Shown piece by piece: positions 41,551 to 51,346 of a stretch of DNA of 64,000 nt. Location: the NCBI GenBank assembly GCA_016839705.1, contig JAEOTR010000016.1:1-64000 (forward strand). The letters run 5' to 3'. This DNA is from Promethearchaeota archaeon (lineage in GTDB: Archaea; Asgardarchaeota; Lokiarchaeia; Sigyniarchaeales; SOKP01). Position numbers and translations under genes: made by a program. A model generated the notes under the pieces. It was given only the letters and a program-made list of their open reading frames with translations. It did no database searches and was not told the origin of the DNA. Positions within the stretch are counted from its first letter, which is position 1; each line of letters begins with the position of its first letter.

Positions 41551-41586
41551 TCATAAGTCCGAGGTTTGAAGGCGTGAATCTCCTTG
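41551..41586 (-). repeat. Degenerate copy of the last 12 codons of the 42287-42733 gene
   Basis: 27/36 identity to 42287-42322 with exact core AGGTTTGAAGGCG; QGDSRLQTSDL* versus KGYSRLQTLDL*. Confidence 0.7.
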
Positions 41587-41588
41587 TT

Positions 41589-42218
41589 TTATTTCTTTTC
41601 TAATTTATTATTGCTTTTTTGAAAAATATAACATTTCCAATTCATTTCTATTAACTTTTTATCTAAATATCCTTTCCGATAAAAATAAAATGAAAATTGA
41701 CTTAAAATAAGTTTTAATTGTTTGAGAGTGAAGAAATATACTACTCTTTTAGTTTTCTCATTTTTAATTATACGTTTAATAATCTTTTGCCCTTCTCCTT
41801 TCTGAATAATTAATTCTAAAAATCCATTATTTTTTACTAAATGAGATAATATCTCAAATAATTGAGGTAGCTTTTCATGCGATATGTGTATTATTGATCC
41901 ACTTGAAAAAATACCATCGAATAAACCTATGCTTTCATTAAGTTCAAAATAATTCTTTACTATGAAAGTGCAATCAGGATTTCTTTTCCGAGCAATTTTA
42001 ATTGACTCTGAGCTAAAGTCTACTCCTACCACCTCAACACCTAAAGAATGTATTCTCATGCTTTCATGTCCTGGACCGCATCCCAAATCCAATATCCTCG
42101 GTTTAAACTTAAAATTAGATAAAAAATCTTTAATTGTTGGCATTAGGATTTCATTTGGATACCAATTCTTTGCTGTTTCTCCAGCTGTTAAATCGTAGTA
42201 TTTTCTAACTTGGTCCAT
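41589..42218 (-). CDS. Class I SAM-dependent methyltransferase
   Basis: ILDLGCGPG, GVDFS. Confidence 0.9.
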   Translation of the reverse strand: MDQVRKYYDLTAGETAKNWYPNEILMPTIKDFLSNFKFKPRILDLGCGPGHESMRIHSLGVEVVGVDFSSESIKIARKRNPDCTFIVKNYFELNESIGLFDGIFSSGSIIHISHEKLPQLFEILSHLVKNNGFLELIIQKGEGQKIIKRIIKNEKTKRVVYFFTLKQLKLILSQFSFYFYRKGYLDKKLIEMNWKCYIFQKSNNKLEKK

Positions 42219-42286
42219 TTGAATACCTTAACTATCAATTTTTTTGATAAAAGTGCTATCAAGAGCACTTATTACTAAATTTAGTC

Positions 42287-42733
42287 TTAAAGATCCAAGG
42301 TTTGAAGGCGCGAATATCCCTTTTTCGCGAAATCATAATCGAGTAATTCTATTTTTTCTGGAATTATCTTTAATAATAATTTCCTCTTCCCTCGTACAAT
42401 CTTCTGAGCTTCCTCGAATTCCTCATCTCCTTCTCTTAGAAAAATCAATCTTTCTCTCCCTGAAGCTGTAATTTGCATACCTTGAATTTTACCTTCAGAT
42501 AAAGGAGTGTAGATTCCTATGCTTATATTTGGATTTTCTTCCATATTTTTTACCTTTCTTCCGGGAGCAGGGCCAACATAGATATTAAAACTGTCTTGTT
42601 CTGTATAAAAATCCATTGGGGTTGCGCGAGGAATATTATTGGAGCATGTACATAAAACTAAAACTTTCCTTTTATCAAGATACTCTCGAATTTCTCGTTT
42701 TAGTTCCTCTACGGGCATTTTCTGATTGGTCAT
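42287..42733 (-). CDS. Pyridoxamine 5'-phosphate oxidase-like (split barrel) protein
   Basis: LCTCSNNIPRATP, RKVKNMEENPNISI. Confidence 0.85.
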   Translation of the reverse strand: MTNQKMPVEELKREIREYLDKRKVLVLCTCSNNIPRATPMDFYTEQDSFNIYVGPAPGRKVKNMEENPNISIGIYTPLSEGKIQGMQITASGRERLIFLREGDEEFEEAQKIVRGKRKLLLKIIPEKIELLDYDFAKKGYSRLQTLDL

Positions 42734-42830
42734 TTGAAATTACCTATATATTAAACTTTAGTTACAAAATAGAATCAGTAAACTCAGATAAATCTTGGAG
42801 AATTTGTATTAAAATAAGTAACTGGATAGA

Positions 42831-43976
42831 TTAAAATCCAAACATGTTAATTGGTGAGGATCCATTACCTGAGTCTACCGCAGCTTGTACATATGGAGAT
42901 ACGGGTCCATTTGCTAAAACCATAATTTTTACCTTGGAACCCATATCTGGTTTATTTTGAACACCAAATTTTAACTGAGCGCTCTCAGGAATTCCATTTG
43001 TAATAGTAGAGATAACACTATCAACTTTAGATAAAGTTAATGTATGATCACCTGTAACAGATACTATACATCTCTCAACTTTACTAGTATCTGGTTCGAG
43101 TAATGGATTATTTAATGCTAATTTTGCTTTCTCTATTAAATCTGATTCATTTCCCACTGATTCTGCGATGCCAACCAACCCAGAAGGATAATTATCTTTT
43201 TTAACAAAGATTCTTTTCACATCCGCAAAATCTATATTAACCAAACCGCAATTGTTAATTAAGTTAACAACTTCTCCAATATTTCGGATTAAGACTTCGT
43301 CCATAATTTTAAAGCCAGTTATCATGGGAATTTTTCCAACTATGCTCAAAAGATTGTCATTTGGAACGGTTATTAGAAAGTCAGAATATTCTGCTAGATT
43401 TTTAAGACCCTGAGTTGCTTTAACTGCTCTTTGAGCTCCTTCTGATTTAAAGGGAAGTGAACAAAAAGTAACGACTATAGCCTTATTCTTCTTCGCTTCT
43501 TCTGCAATAATTGGTGCTGCACCAGTCCCCGTTCCTCCACCTAGTCCGCAGGTTAAAAAAATAATATCCCCATTAAGAAGTTTACTTAATCTGTCGCGAT
43601 CTTCTTCAGCTGCTTCACCTCCTACTGAAGGATCATTACCCGATCCCATGCCTTGACAACGATCTTTACCGATTAAGACTTTATGTTTTGCATTTGAATA
43701 ATACAAATCGTGAGCATCAGTATTAATATTAACGGTCTCAGCATTACTTATGCCTAATTCCTCCAATCGTGAGACCGTATTATTTCCTGCACCCCCAACT
43801 CCAACTACCAATGATTTAATCTTCAAAACTTTCAGTAAATCTGCTAAATAGCTATCATCATCACAATTTGGATTTGTATTAGGATTTTGGTTCTGGTGAG
43901 CTATTTCATTAAACCTTTCTCTTATAGATGATCGGGATTTTGCTAGTTCGGCTAAATCAAAAATATCATCGCTCAT
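42831..43976 (-). CDS. ftsZ: Cell division protein FtsZ
   Basis: GVGGAGNN, INTDA, GLGGGTGTG, T7 loop NIDFADV. Confidence 0.95.
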   Translation of the reverse strand: MSDDIFDLAELAKSRSSIRERFNEIAHQNQNPNTNPNCDDDSYLADLLKVLKIKSLVVGVGGAGNNTVSRLEELGISNAETVNINTDAHDLYYSNAKHKVLIGKDRCQGMGSGNDPSVGGEAAEEDRDRLSKLLNGDIIFLTCGLGGGTGTGAAPIIAEEAKKNKAIVVTFCSLPFKSEGAQRAVKATQGLKNLAEYSDFLITVPNDNLLSIVGKIPMITGFKIMDEVLIRNIGEVVNLINNCGLVNIDFADVKRIFVKKDNYPSGLVGIAESVGNESDLIEKAKLALNNPLLEPDTSKVERCIVSVTGDHTLTLSKVDSVISTITNGIPESAQLKFGVQNKPDMGSKVKIMVLANGPVSPYVQAAVDSGNGSSPINMFGF

Positions 43977-44271
43977 AAATTTTCATCAATAGAATTTAGT
44001 TTTTTATAATATTCACATATTTTCCAAATAATATAACTAAGTAATATGAAGATAATACTAAAAAATTTGAAGATGGAAATGGGAAAAACGCTTTCACTCC
44101 AGTTGCGCACAATTCCAGTGGGTGGTGATAGTGATCATGATATTCGTAAAACCAATTTTGATTTTATAAAATAAATTTTATATCTATTTTTCCATCTGAA
44201 ATAATCGACAAATTGCCTTAGGAAAGATTTATAAGCCCAAATTTCCATGAATATCAAGTAGGAGTGAAAAA

Positions 44272-44511
44272 ATGGAAATCAACAACACTAAAAATGGCAG
44301 CGGAAAGTCGTTAGATGGCTCAGCGGACGGCGAGTTAATAAAAGTTAGGGCTATCATTTCTTGTCCAAATGGAGATTACAAAAAGAAGTTCACAAATCAA
44401 TTTTTAAGAAAGGAAATAGAAATGATGATTGTCAGCTTTAAGGTTTTCGATTGGCTAACCTGTAATAAATGTGGGGAACTATTAAAGTTAGATCTAGAGT
44501 TTAATATTTAA
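44272..44511 (+). CDS. Small zinc-ribbon-like protein
   Basis: CPNG...CNKC; upstream GGAGTG. Confidence 0.7.
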   Translation: MEINNTKNGSGKSLDGSADGELIKVRAIISCPNGDYKKKFTNQFLRKEIEMMIVSFKVFDWLTCNKCGELLKLDLEFNI

Positions 44512-44590
44512 TATATTAAAAAAATTTATTCGCTCCTTTTATCTATACTTATTTTTGGTTAGGGAATTTACTTTTCTGATTTAGCTTTAA

Positions 44591-45901
44591 TCAGATTTCA
44601 AGATTAATTTGTCCATATGTACCACCGCCACCTGGAATGTATTGAATTTCATTATTTCTAAGGGCATTTATAACGGAGGCAGTTGTAGAATCAAATTTTT
44701 CAATTTTACTCATTGGTATATCAATTAAAATTTCGAATTCTTTTCCAAGCTCTTGAATTATTTCGTTATAAGTATTTAAAACCGTCTTACTAGTAGAACT
44801 TTTTATTCCTTTTACGGATCGGATAATATCTATAAGTGGTATCGCATCAATATATTTTGGTCTATGATCTGGGTGTTTTGGTATATCAGATGTAGAAATT
44901 TTTTCAATTCTTTCACTCACTCCTAATTTAACCTTGAAATTTTGATTTTTTTCTTCCTTACATGCAGGGCAAACCATTTTATTTTTAGCAACCTGATCTA
45001 TATATTGTTTTCTTGCCATATCAGGATCGTCAGAATAGTATATAATAAAATTTTCTGACTTGGAATATTGGCTAAAAATAGAAATCCCCGTTTTTTTAGA
45101 TTTCTTGAACATAACTCTTCTACGACATTTATTACAAAACATATTATAATACTTACCAAGTTTAGGATTTAAACCAACATTTAATATTATTTTTCTGTTA
45201 TCTTTTCTCATTAGAGCTAATAAGAGTTCCTCAAAGGAGGGATTATCAAGATCTAGCTTATTGAATTCACGCCCTAAAGAGCGTGGATCTTGCGAATGCG
45301 CATCGCTGTTACTTAAAAAAGTCACATTTTTTAAGCTTCCCAATCTATCCGCTAGATCAGTATTAGCTGAAAGTCCTAATTCCAAAAAGTACACCTTGTT
45401 TGTTGCGTCTTGATAACATTCCTTAATTGTTTCAAATTTCCCCTGACGAAAGATTGCTTTAAAGGGAGTGAAAGCATGTGCAGGACCAACTATGCCACCT
45501 AAATCTGAAATTATATCAACTAAGGCAGGAGGTGAGAGATTAACTCGAGGTCTTCCTCCCCATTCATCTAATATATTTTTTGAATATGATTTTAATTTGG
45601 TTTGAATTTCTTTAACAGAAGCAAAATCAGGGAATAATATAACATGATGTATGCTCTCCATATCTTCTATTTCAGTCTGAAGGATAAAAAAAACATCTTT
45701 ATACGAAAAAGATCCATCTTTTTCCTTTTTTAACCTACGTTCCATGTATTTAAACCATTCTGGTTGTAAAATATCACCGGTACCAAGGATATTTAGACCC
45801 TTCTTTTTACAAGTCTCCAACATCGTATCTAAATTTAATGATTTTGATACTGCGATTGAATGAGGACTATGGATGTGGAGATCAGCGTTAAAAATATCCA
45901 T
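44591..45901 (-). CDS. Endonuclease Q family (PHP domain) protein
   Basis: DLHIHS, GTGD, PAHAFTP, ELGLSA, NSDAHS, LGRE, GKY, PGGGGTYG. Confidence 0.92.
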   Translation of the reverse strand: MDIFNADLHIHSPHSIAVSKSLNLDTMLETCKKKGLNILGTGDILQPEWFKYMERRLKKEKDGSFSYKDVFFILQTEIEDMESIHHVILFPDFASVKEIQTKLKSYSKNILDEWGGRPRVNLSPPALVDIISDLGGIVGPAHAFTPFKAIFRQGKFETIKECYQDATNKVYFLELGLSANTDLADRLGSLKNVTFLSNSDAHSQDPRSLGREFNKLDLDNPSFEELLLALMRKDNRKIILNVGLNPKLGKYYNMFCNKCRRRVMFKKSKKTGISIFSQYSKSENFIIYYSDDPDMARKQYIDQVAKNKMVCPACKEEKNQNFKVKLGVSERIEKISTSDIPKHPDHRPKYIDAIPLIDIIRSVKGIKSSTSKTVLNTYNEIIQELGKEFEILIDIPMSKIEKFDSTTASVINALRNNEIQYIPGGGGTYGQINLEI

Positions 45902-45960
45902 CAGTTATTAAAAACCTTACTTCAATAAAAAGATTTTAATAATGCGTTAATTATTTCTGT

Positions 45961-47010
45961 TCAATTTACGATGAGCATTTTGTCTTTTGTTTGATCAGTC
46001 AATAAAATTCGATAATATTCTAATTCATTCTTGAAAAAAACTTTTTCTAATTTTCCTTCTACTAGGACGGTTTCTCCTTCCTGAGCATGCTCACAAAAAC
46101 GCGCTCGAAAAGAATTTATTTCTAAAATTTCTTTAAGGCTGACTTTTTTCAAGATTGACTCTTTATCTAGGATTTTTAGAGCATTAATTTTATAAGAGCA
46201 AGGAGTAAATATTGAATCCTTAGAGTCAGTTATTAAAACTTTAGCTTTAATTCTTCCATAATTTTTATATTGATAATCATAAAATGTTCCGTTCCAATCA
46301 TTAGGGCTCTTAATGTACCTTATAAAAAAATTGATGTTATGGAATTTACCTTGATGCAGCTTTCTTTGTTCACTTCTCATAAACTCTTTAAACGATATGT
46401 CTGATCCTCCAACCCTCCAGACATAATGAGATTTATAGTCTTCTAGATTATACATTCTAAATTGATTAGATTCGGTGAAAATGTCTTTTAACGTTCCTTG
46501 AAATATATGGGATGTTTCTGTGCCATATACAATTATATCAATATCTGAAACTTCTTTATTTAAACCGACCATAACTGAGCCAGTAATTCCTATTGAATCT
46601 CTGGAAATATTTCCTTTATATATAAACAATTCACATAAATTTTTGGAACACTTTTCAATGGTAGAAAGATTTTCCTTTTCAAATAATTCTATCAAACAAC
46701 CCCGGGGTGTGTAAACTTTTTTAATATCATTATTAAAAACACTTTGTATTTCCATATCAAGCTCCTTTGAATAAAAGAGATAATTAGGATAGAATCTTCT
46801 TAATAATGAATAGCGCTCATCTAAATTGTAAACTTTTTTATACATAACGCCATTTTTTATTCGATCTCCCTCGGGATGTGGATAAAACCTTAAAAAACAG
46901 ATTTTTCTATCAATTGGGTGGAGTAACCCTTTAACATCAAATATTAAATTAGTTTTTTTAGTTTCAATATAATCTCCTTCAATTCCTTTGGTGTATTCCA
47001 TGAATATCAC
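45961..47010 (-). CDS. Archaeal nucleotidyltransferase-domain protein (COG1665-like)
   Basis: GITGS...SDIDIIVYG; C-terminal OB-like GETVLVEGKLE. Confidence 0.8.
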   Translation of the reverse strand: MIFMEYTKGIEGDYIETKKTNLIFDVKGLLHPIDRKICFLRFYPHPEGDRIKNGVMYKKVYNLDERYSLLRRFYPNYLFYSKELDMEIQSVFNNDIKKVYTPRGCLIELFEKENLSTIEKCSKNLCELFIYKGNISRDSIGITGSVMVGLNKEVSDIDIIVYGTETSHIFQGTLKDIFTESNQFRMYNLEDYKSHYVWRVGGSDISFKEFMRSEQRKLHQGKFHNINFFIRYIKSPNDWNGTFYDYQYKNYGRIKAKVLITDSKDSIFTPCSYKINALKILDKESILKKVSLKEILEINSFRARFCEHAQEGETVLVEGKLEKVFFKNELEYYRILLTDQTKDKMLIVN

Positions 47011-47029
47011 AGTAAAAATAATTTGATTT

Positions 47030-48166
47030 TTAATATTTTGAAGGAGTTTTAGATTTTATTTTTTGTTTTGGGATGCCCTTTAACTTTCTTAACTCTTTTT
47101 CAAAATTTCTTTTTTCATTAAGAAATCTCTGTTTGTCTTTCTCTAATTTTTCCCTTTCCCGTTTTATTGTACTTTTATCGTTAGATAAGTCTAATTTCTC
47201 TCTTTCTAAACGTCTGAGGTCAATATTTAACCTTTTGAATTTTTCTTCTAATGGGGGTATTTTTTCAGATATGGAGTAGAATTTATTTTCAGATTTAGGA
47301 ATCTTACTTTCTAATTCTTTCATTCTTACCTCTTGTTGTCTTTTTCTGCTTTCAAGACTTTTTACATCATTTTCCACTTTATTCCTATATTTTCTTAGAT
47401 CTTCCTTTTTCTTATCAATCTCTCGGCCTTTCAGGTTTAGTTCATCTTTTTGATAACGTAATTTCTCTCGATTTTCTTTTAGCTTACTTTTTTCATCAGA
47501 AATCCTGTTTTTTTCATCAACTAACTCCCTCTTTAAGTTATTCACTTCTCGATTGAGGGTATCTCTTTCTTTAGTTAAATATTTAATTTCATTTCTTAAA
47601 TCTTCTAATTTATGCTCTAGATCTTCGTTAGTCTTCTCAAGCGCACTCTTTCTTCTTTCCATCCCAGGTATCTTCGTTTTTATATCCTTAAATTGGTTTT
47701 CAATCCTCTGTTTTTCTTGGTCTATTGAATCTTTTTCATTTCCTAACTCATCTCTAAGCTTATCTAACCTTTTCTGAAATCCCTCTAATTGAGCTTTCCT
47801 TTGATTTAATCTATCGTTTTCTTCTCTTTTTTTATCTTTAAATTGTTGTTCTCTTGCATCTAACTCAATTTTTTGTTTTTCTAAGTCATTTTTTGTTTTT
47901 TTAAGACTGTTCTGAATGATATCCCTTTTTTCACGAAGATTTTTTAGTTCAATTTCTTCCGTTTTCCGCTTTTTTTCAAGATCTTCTATATTTTCTCTGT
48001 AATTCTCAATTTGGGTAATGAAATTTTCCCATTCACCCTTTTCTTTATTAAGTTTTATTCTTTCCTTCTTAATCTTTTTTAACAAATTTTTATCAGCAAT
48101 CATGTCACCCTCGTCGTCGGGAGTTTTTTCTCGAATTTGATGTTTGGGAATAGGTTTATCATTCAT
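47030..48166 (-). CDS. Long K/E/R-rich coiled-coil protein
   Basis: About 330 aa of heptad-like charged helix; no ATPase head. Confidence 0.8.
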   Translation of the reverse strand: MNDKPIPKHQIREKTPDDEGDMIADKNLLKKIKKERIKLNKEKGEWENFITQIENYRENIEDLEKKRKTEEIELKNLREKRDIIQNSLKKTKNDLEKQKIELDAREQQFKDKKREENDRLNQRKAQLEGFQKRLDKLRDELGNEKDSIDQEKQRIENQFKDIKTKIPGMERRKSALEKTNEDLEHKLEDLRNEIKYLTKERDTLNREVNNLKRELVDEKNRISDEKSKLKENREKLRYQKDELNLKGREIDKKKEDLRKYRNKVENDVKSLESRKRQQEVRMKELESKIPKSENKFYSISEKIPPLEEKFKRLNIDLRRLEREKLDLSNDKSTIKREREKLEKDKQRFLNEKRNFEKELRKLKGIPKQKIKSKTPSKY

Positions 48167-48376
48167 ATTTTTTCGATCATCATCTTATTTTACTAATAAA
48201 TCCATATTAATTCTAATTCTAAAGTGTTTGCCAAAATTTTATAAATTTAGAGTAATTCTTTTCTTTCCTAATTCTATTTAAATATTCTAATTTCCTTTAT
48301 GTATATATATTTATAATAAAAGAGTTATACAGATCATACGTTAATTTAGCTTATTTGACAAGGTTGTGTATTTATA

Positions 48377-48769
48377 ATGGGATTTGACAATGAATATGAG
48401 GAGGGTTTAGAATTTGATGAAGATTTGGAAGAAGATTTAGATGATAAGTTGGATGAAATCCCCTCAGAAATTCCTAGCAAAGATATTAATTCTAAAACCC
48501 CCATCCCAAGGGCTACTTCTGAAGGAAAAAAAATTTCTGTTTACTTTATTTCAACCATCGGACCCGAGAAAAAGCAAAAATTGCTTATTAATAGTGGAAA
48601 TCTTGTTGGAGATATTAAGCAGACAGTAGCAAACTTATTCGCTTTAGATCCAGCTGACTTCTATTTGTCAGCACTAGGGATCACCATGGATGAACAAAAT
48701 CCTTTGAAAGAATATGAAGTAGATGATGGAGACGACATACTTTTAATCCCGGCTAGTATTGCAGGATAA
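48377..48769 (+). CDS. Ubiquitin-like protein ending ...IPASIAG, with acidic N-terminal extension
   Basis: beta-grasp pattern VGDIKQ...FYLSALGITMDEQNPLKEYEVDDGDDILLIP; C-terminal Gly. Confidence 0.85.
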   Translation: MGFDNEYEEGLEFDEDLEEDLDDKLDEIPSEIPSKDINSKTPIPRATSEGKKISVYFISTIGPEKKQKLLINSGNLVGDIKQTVANLFALDPADFYLSALGITMDEQNPLKEYEVDDGDDILLIPASIAG

Positions 48770-48787
48770 TCTCAATTTTATTTTTCT

Positions 48788-49582
48788 TTAATTATTCCTT
48801 TTTCTCGATGGAATCAGAGCAATTTCATCATCATCATCAATATCATAGTTTTGGATTTGCTTATCTTCAGATAGTAAAATTCCCCCTGAAGATAGAAGAA
48901 ATCCCTCCAATTCATAATTAAATAGTACTCCCACTCTTTTTTTAACTGTACTAATTAATTCAGTTGTATCAACAATGATCAACTTAGTAATCTCGCCTGG
49001 TTCAACTAGGGATCTAATGTACACACGGATCTGATCCTTGAGATTAATTTTATTTTTAGGTGGTATATAAAATATTTCCTCATCAGTTTGATCTCGATTC
49101 TTAAGCATATTATCGATTAATGCTTTTCGTTCATCCACATCAAAATAGAGCATTTCTCTAATAAAAAGGATTTTGTCAAGCTTTGATAATCCAAGGTTGT
49201 TTATTTTTCCTAATTCTTCCTTACTAAAAACTGAAAAAATATATTTGCTGATTATTGGAGAATCCTCATAAGATTCATTTGAATCAAGATATTCTTCAAT
49301 TGAAGGCAAAACCTCAAGATATTCATCGATAACATTCTCATCTATCCTATTGAAAGACTTAGTTTTCGGTGAAATTTTCTTATCTCTTATTTTATCATGT
49401 TGATGACCTGTCGATTGGATAACGGTATAGATTGTGCTAGTAGAGAGAACTGCAACACTCCCAATTGTTAGAATAAGAAATAATGGGGTGTTGTTTACCC
49501 CAAACAGGAAATAACTTACGTAAATCAACACAAAAATAGTATAAAGGGTTATAACGCTTAATGTTCTATATTTTTTCTTCAT
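48788..49582 (-). CDS. Membrane-anchored protein with C-terminal ubiquitin-like domain
   Basis: Two N-terminal TM helices; C-terminal YIRSLVEPG...FLLSSGGILLSEDKQIQNYDIDDDDEIALIP is paralogous to the flanking Ubls. Confidence 0.8.
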   Translation of the reverse strand: MKKKYRTLSVITLYTIFVLIYVSYFLFGVNNTPLFLILTIGSVAVLSTSTIYTVIQSTGHQHDKIRDKKISPKTKSFNRIDENVIDEYLEVLPSIEEYLDSNESYEDSPIISKYIFSVFSKEELGKINNLGLSKLDKILFIREMLYFDVDERKALIDNMLKNRDQTDEEIFYIPPKNKINLKDQIRVYIRSLVEPGEITKLIIVDTTELISTVKKRVGVLFNYELEGFLLSSGGILLSEDKQIQNYDIDDDDEIALIPSRKRNN

Positions 49583-49667
49583 AATTTTTTAATAAATTTG
49601 TTGGTCTAATTTTCAAATAAATAACTTAAAATATAAATTCCATTGGAATAAAATTGGAGTTTTTTTT

Positions 49668-50339
49668 TCAATCACCTTGAATTAACTTCCTAACCTTATT
49701 ATACTTCTTAATATCTAATTTGAATAATATTCGATTTTTATCTTTCTCAGTTTCTAATAATTTTAGATTTTCTAGAATATTGACATATTTTTTTATAGTG
49801 TTGTGATTTTTTTTCATACCATTTGCTATTTCAGTGATTTTAAATGGCTTATCTTCATTGGTTAGGAATTCTATTAATTTTAGAACAATATCTTTATTCA
49901 AATAATAATAAAACTTATCCAACTTTGGATTTGAATCATATTCAAAGAAAATCCGATGGTTATTGAGTTTTTCTGACCTGACAAATTTAAATTTTTCTAG
50001 ACAAGAAAGGTGCCATAGTGCTTGATTACTTCCGATCTTAAGAGTTTTCATTATTTCATTAATATTAGACGGATTTTTTTTTATGTAATTATAAATCTCA
50101 TTCCTTTTTGGATGTTCAATGATATTATTCTTCATTAACCGAGTTCCAGGGATGATTATTTTCTTTTTTATCAATGATTTTATTATTAACTCAATTTTAT
50201 TTCGGTTTAAATTAGGATTTAACCTTACCCTGTTACTTATAAATTCTATTATATCAGTGATCGAAAAGAATGTTTTTTTTGTTAGATATTCTTTTACTAA
50301 GCCAAGAACAATAGATTCTAAATTATCCAAGGAACTCAT
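49668..50339 (-). CDS. Multi-winged-HTH transcription regulator
   Basis: RNEIYNYIKKNP...WHLSCLEK; ITEIA...HNTIKKYV. Confidence 0.8.
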   Translation of the reverse strand: MSSLDNLESIVLGLVKEYLTKKTFFSITDIIEFISNRVRLNPNLNRNKIELIIKSLIKKKIIIPGTRLMKNNIIEHPKRNEIYNYIKKNPSNINEIMKTLKIGSNQALWHLSCLEKFKFVRSEKLNNHRIFFEYDSNPKLDKFYYYLNKDIVLKLIEFLTNEDKPFKITEIANGMKKNHNTIKKYVNILENLKLLETEKDKNRILFKLDIKKYNKVRKLIQGD

Positions 50340-50602
50340 AAGCCACTTTTAGTTTTTCGTTTCAATATCTTGTTAATACAGTGTAATACTCTCTCTATAA
50401 CAATAGTAAATATATAATATATATTAATAGGCATTCATACAATTTATAATATCATTTCTTTCACCCCCTATCGTATTTTTTTGCAACTATAAAGCTATTG
50501 ATCGCATTTCCTGCTTTACTTTTGCTTTATGAAAAAAGTTTAAATATATATTCAGTAATGTAGTAAAATAATCAATATTTAATCTGTAAAAAGTAATGAA
50601 TT

Positions 50603-51120
50603 ATGGCGAATGGGAAAGGTTTAACCTATTTAGGATTGATTTTAAGATTAATCGGTGCGGGTTTGGGCGGATATGTATTTTTTGATTATATTTAGCTCCA
50701 CTATTAGGATTTGGAGACCCTCCTGCAGAAGGTTCTGAAATAAATTCATACTACGTAGAAACCTACCAAGCAACCCTCACCCTACCTGATACATATGAAT
50801 CCCTTGATGGAATGATAATTTCATTTAATACAACCAAAACAGTTAACTTACACGTATTATATACTGGTTATGTAAGGATTATGACAACCCTTGGATTATA
50901 TGCTCAAATAAAAATCCTTCTTAATAGTACCATATTAACAACTAATCAATATTATGTAGAGGAGATTGGTTTTGTCGTTCAAGAACGATTTGCTGTTAAC
51001 ATGTAAAATTATATCTCTGCGCTACCTCCAGGAAATTATAATGTAACAGTATTAGGGATGTCCGATGATACTTCAACAAGTTTTTTTCAGAACTCACTCT
51101 ATATACAAATTCATACTTAA
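50603..51120 (+). pseudogene. Disrupted exported/membrane-anchored beta-rich protein
   Basis: Signal-anchor MANGKGLTYLG...GGYVFFDYI, frameshift near 50690, in-frame TAA at 51004-51006, then continues NYISALPPGNYNVTV...IHT*. Confidence 0.75.
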
Positions 51121-51346
51121 ATAATTAATTAATTCAAATTCCTCATTTTTTTTACCTCTATTAATAGTTCTTTATACTTTCCTGAAGATTTATTATCTTC
51201 TTTCTCATATGGGATCATGATACTTTTTTTTTAAATGAAAGAAAAACTACAATTTTATGCCAATTGATTTTATAATACCATTTTAACTCAATTTTATTAG
51301 GTTTTTAATAAAAAAATAAAAAAATAAAAAATTGGAAGTGATGTGT

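Noticed and set aside
47030-48166. Coiled-coil protein as SMC/Rad50 or ESCRT-III
   Set aside because: No Walker motifs or hinge, and no recognisable Snf7 pattern
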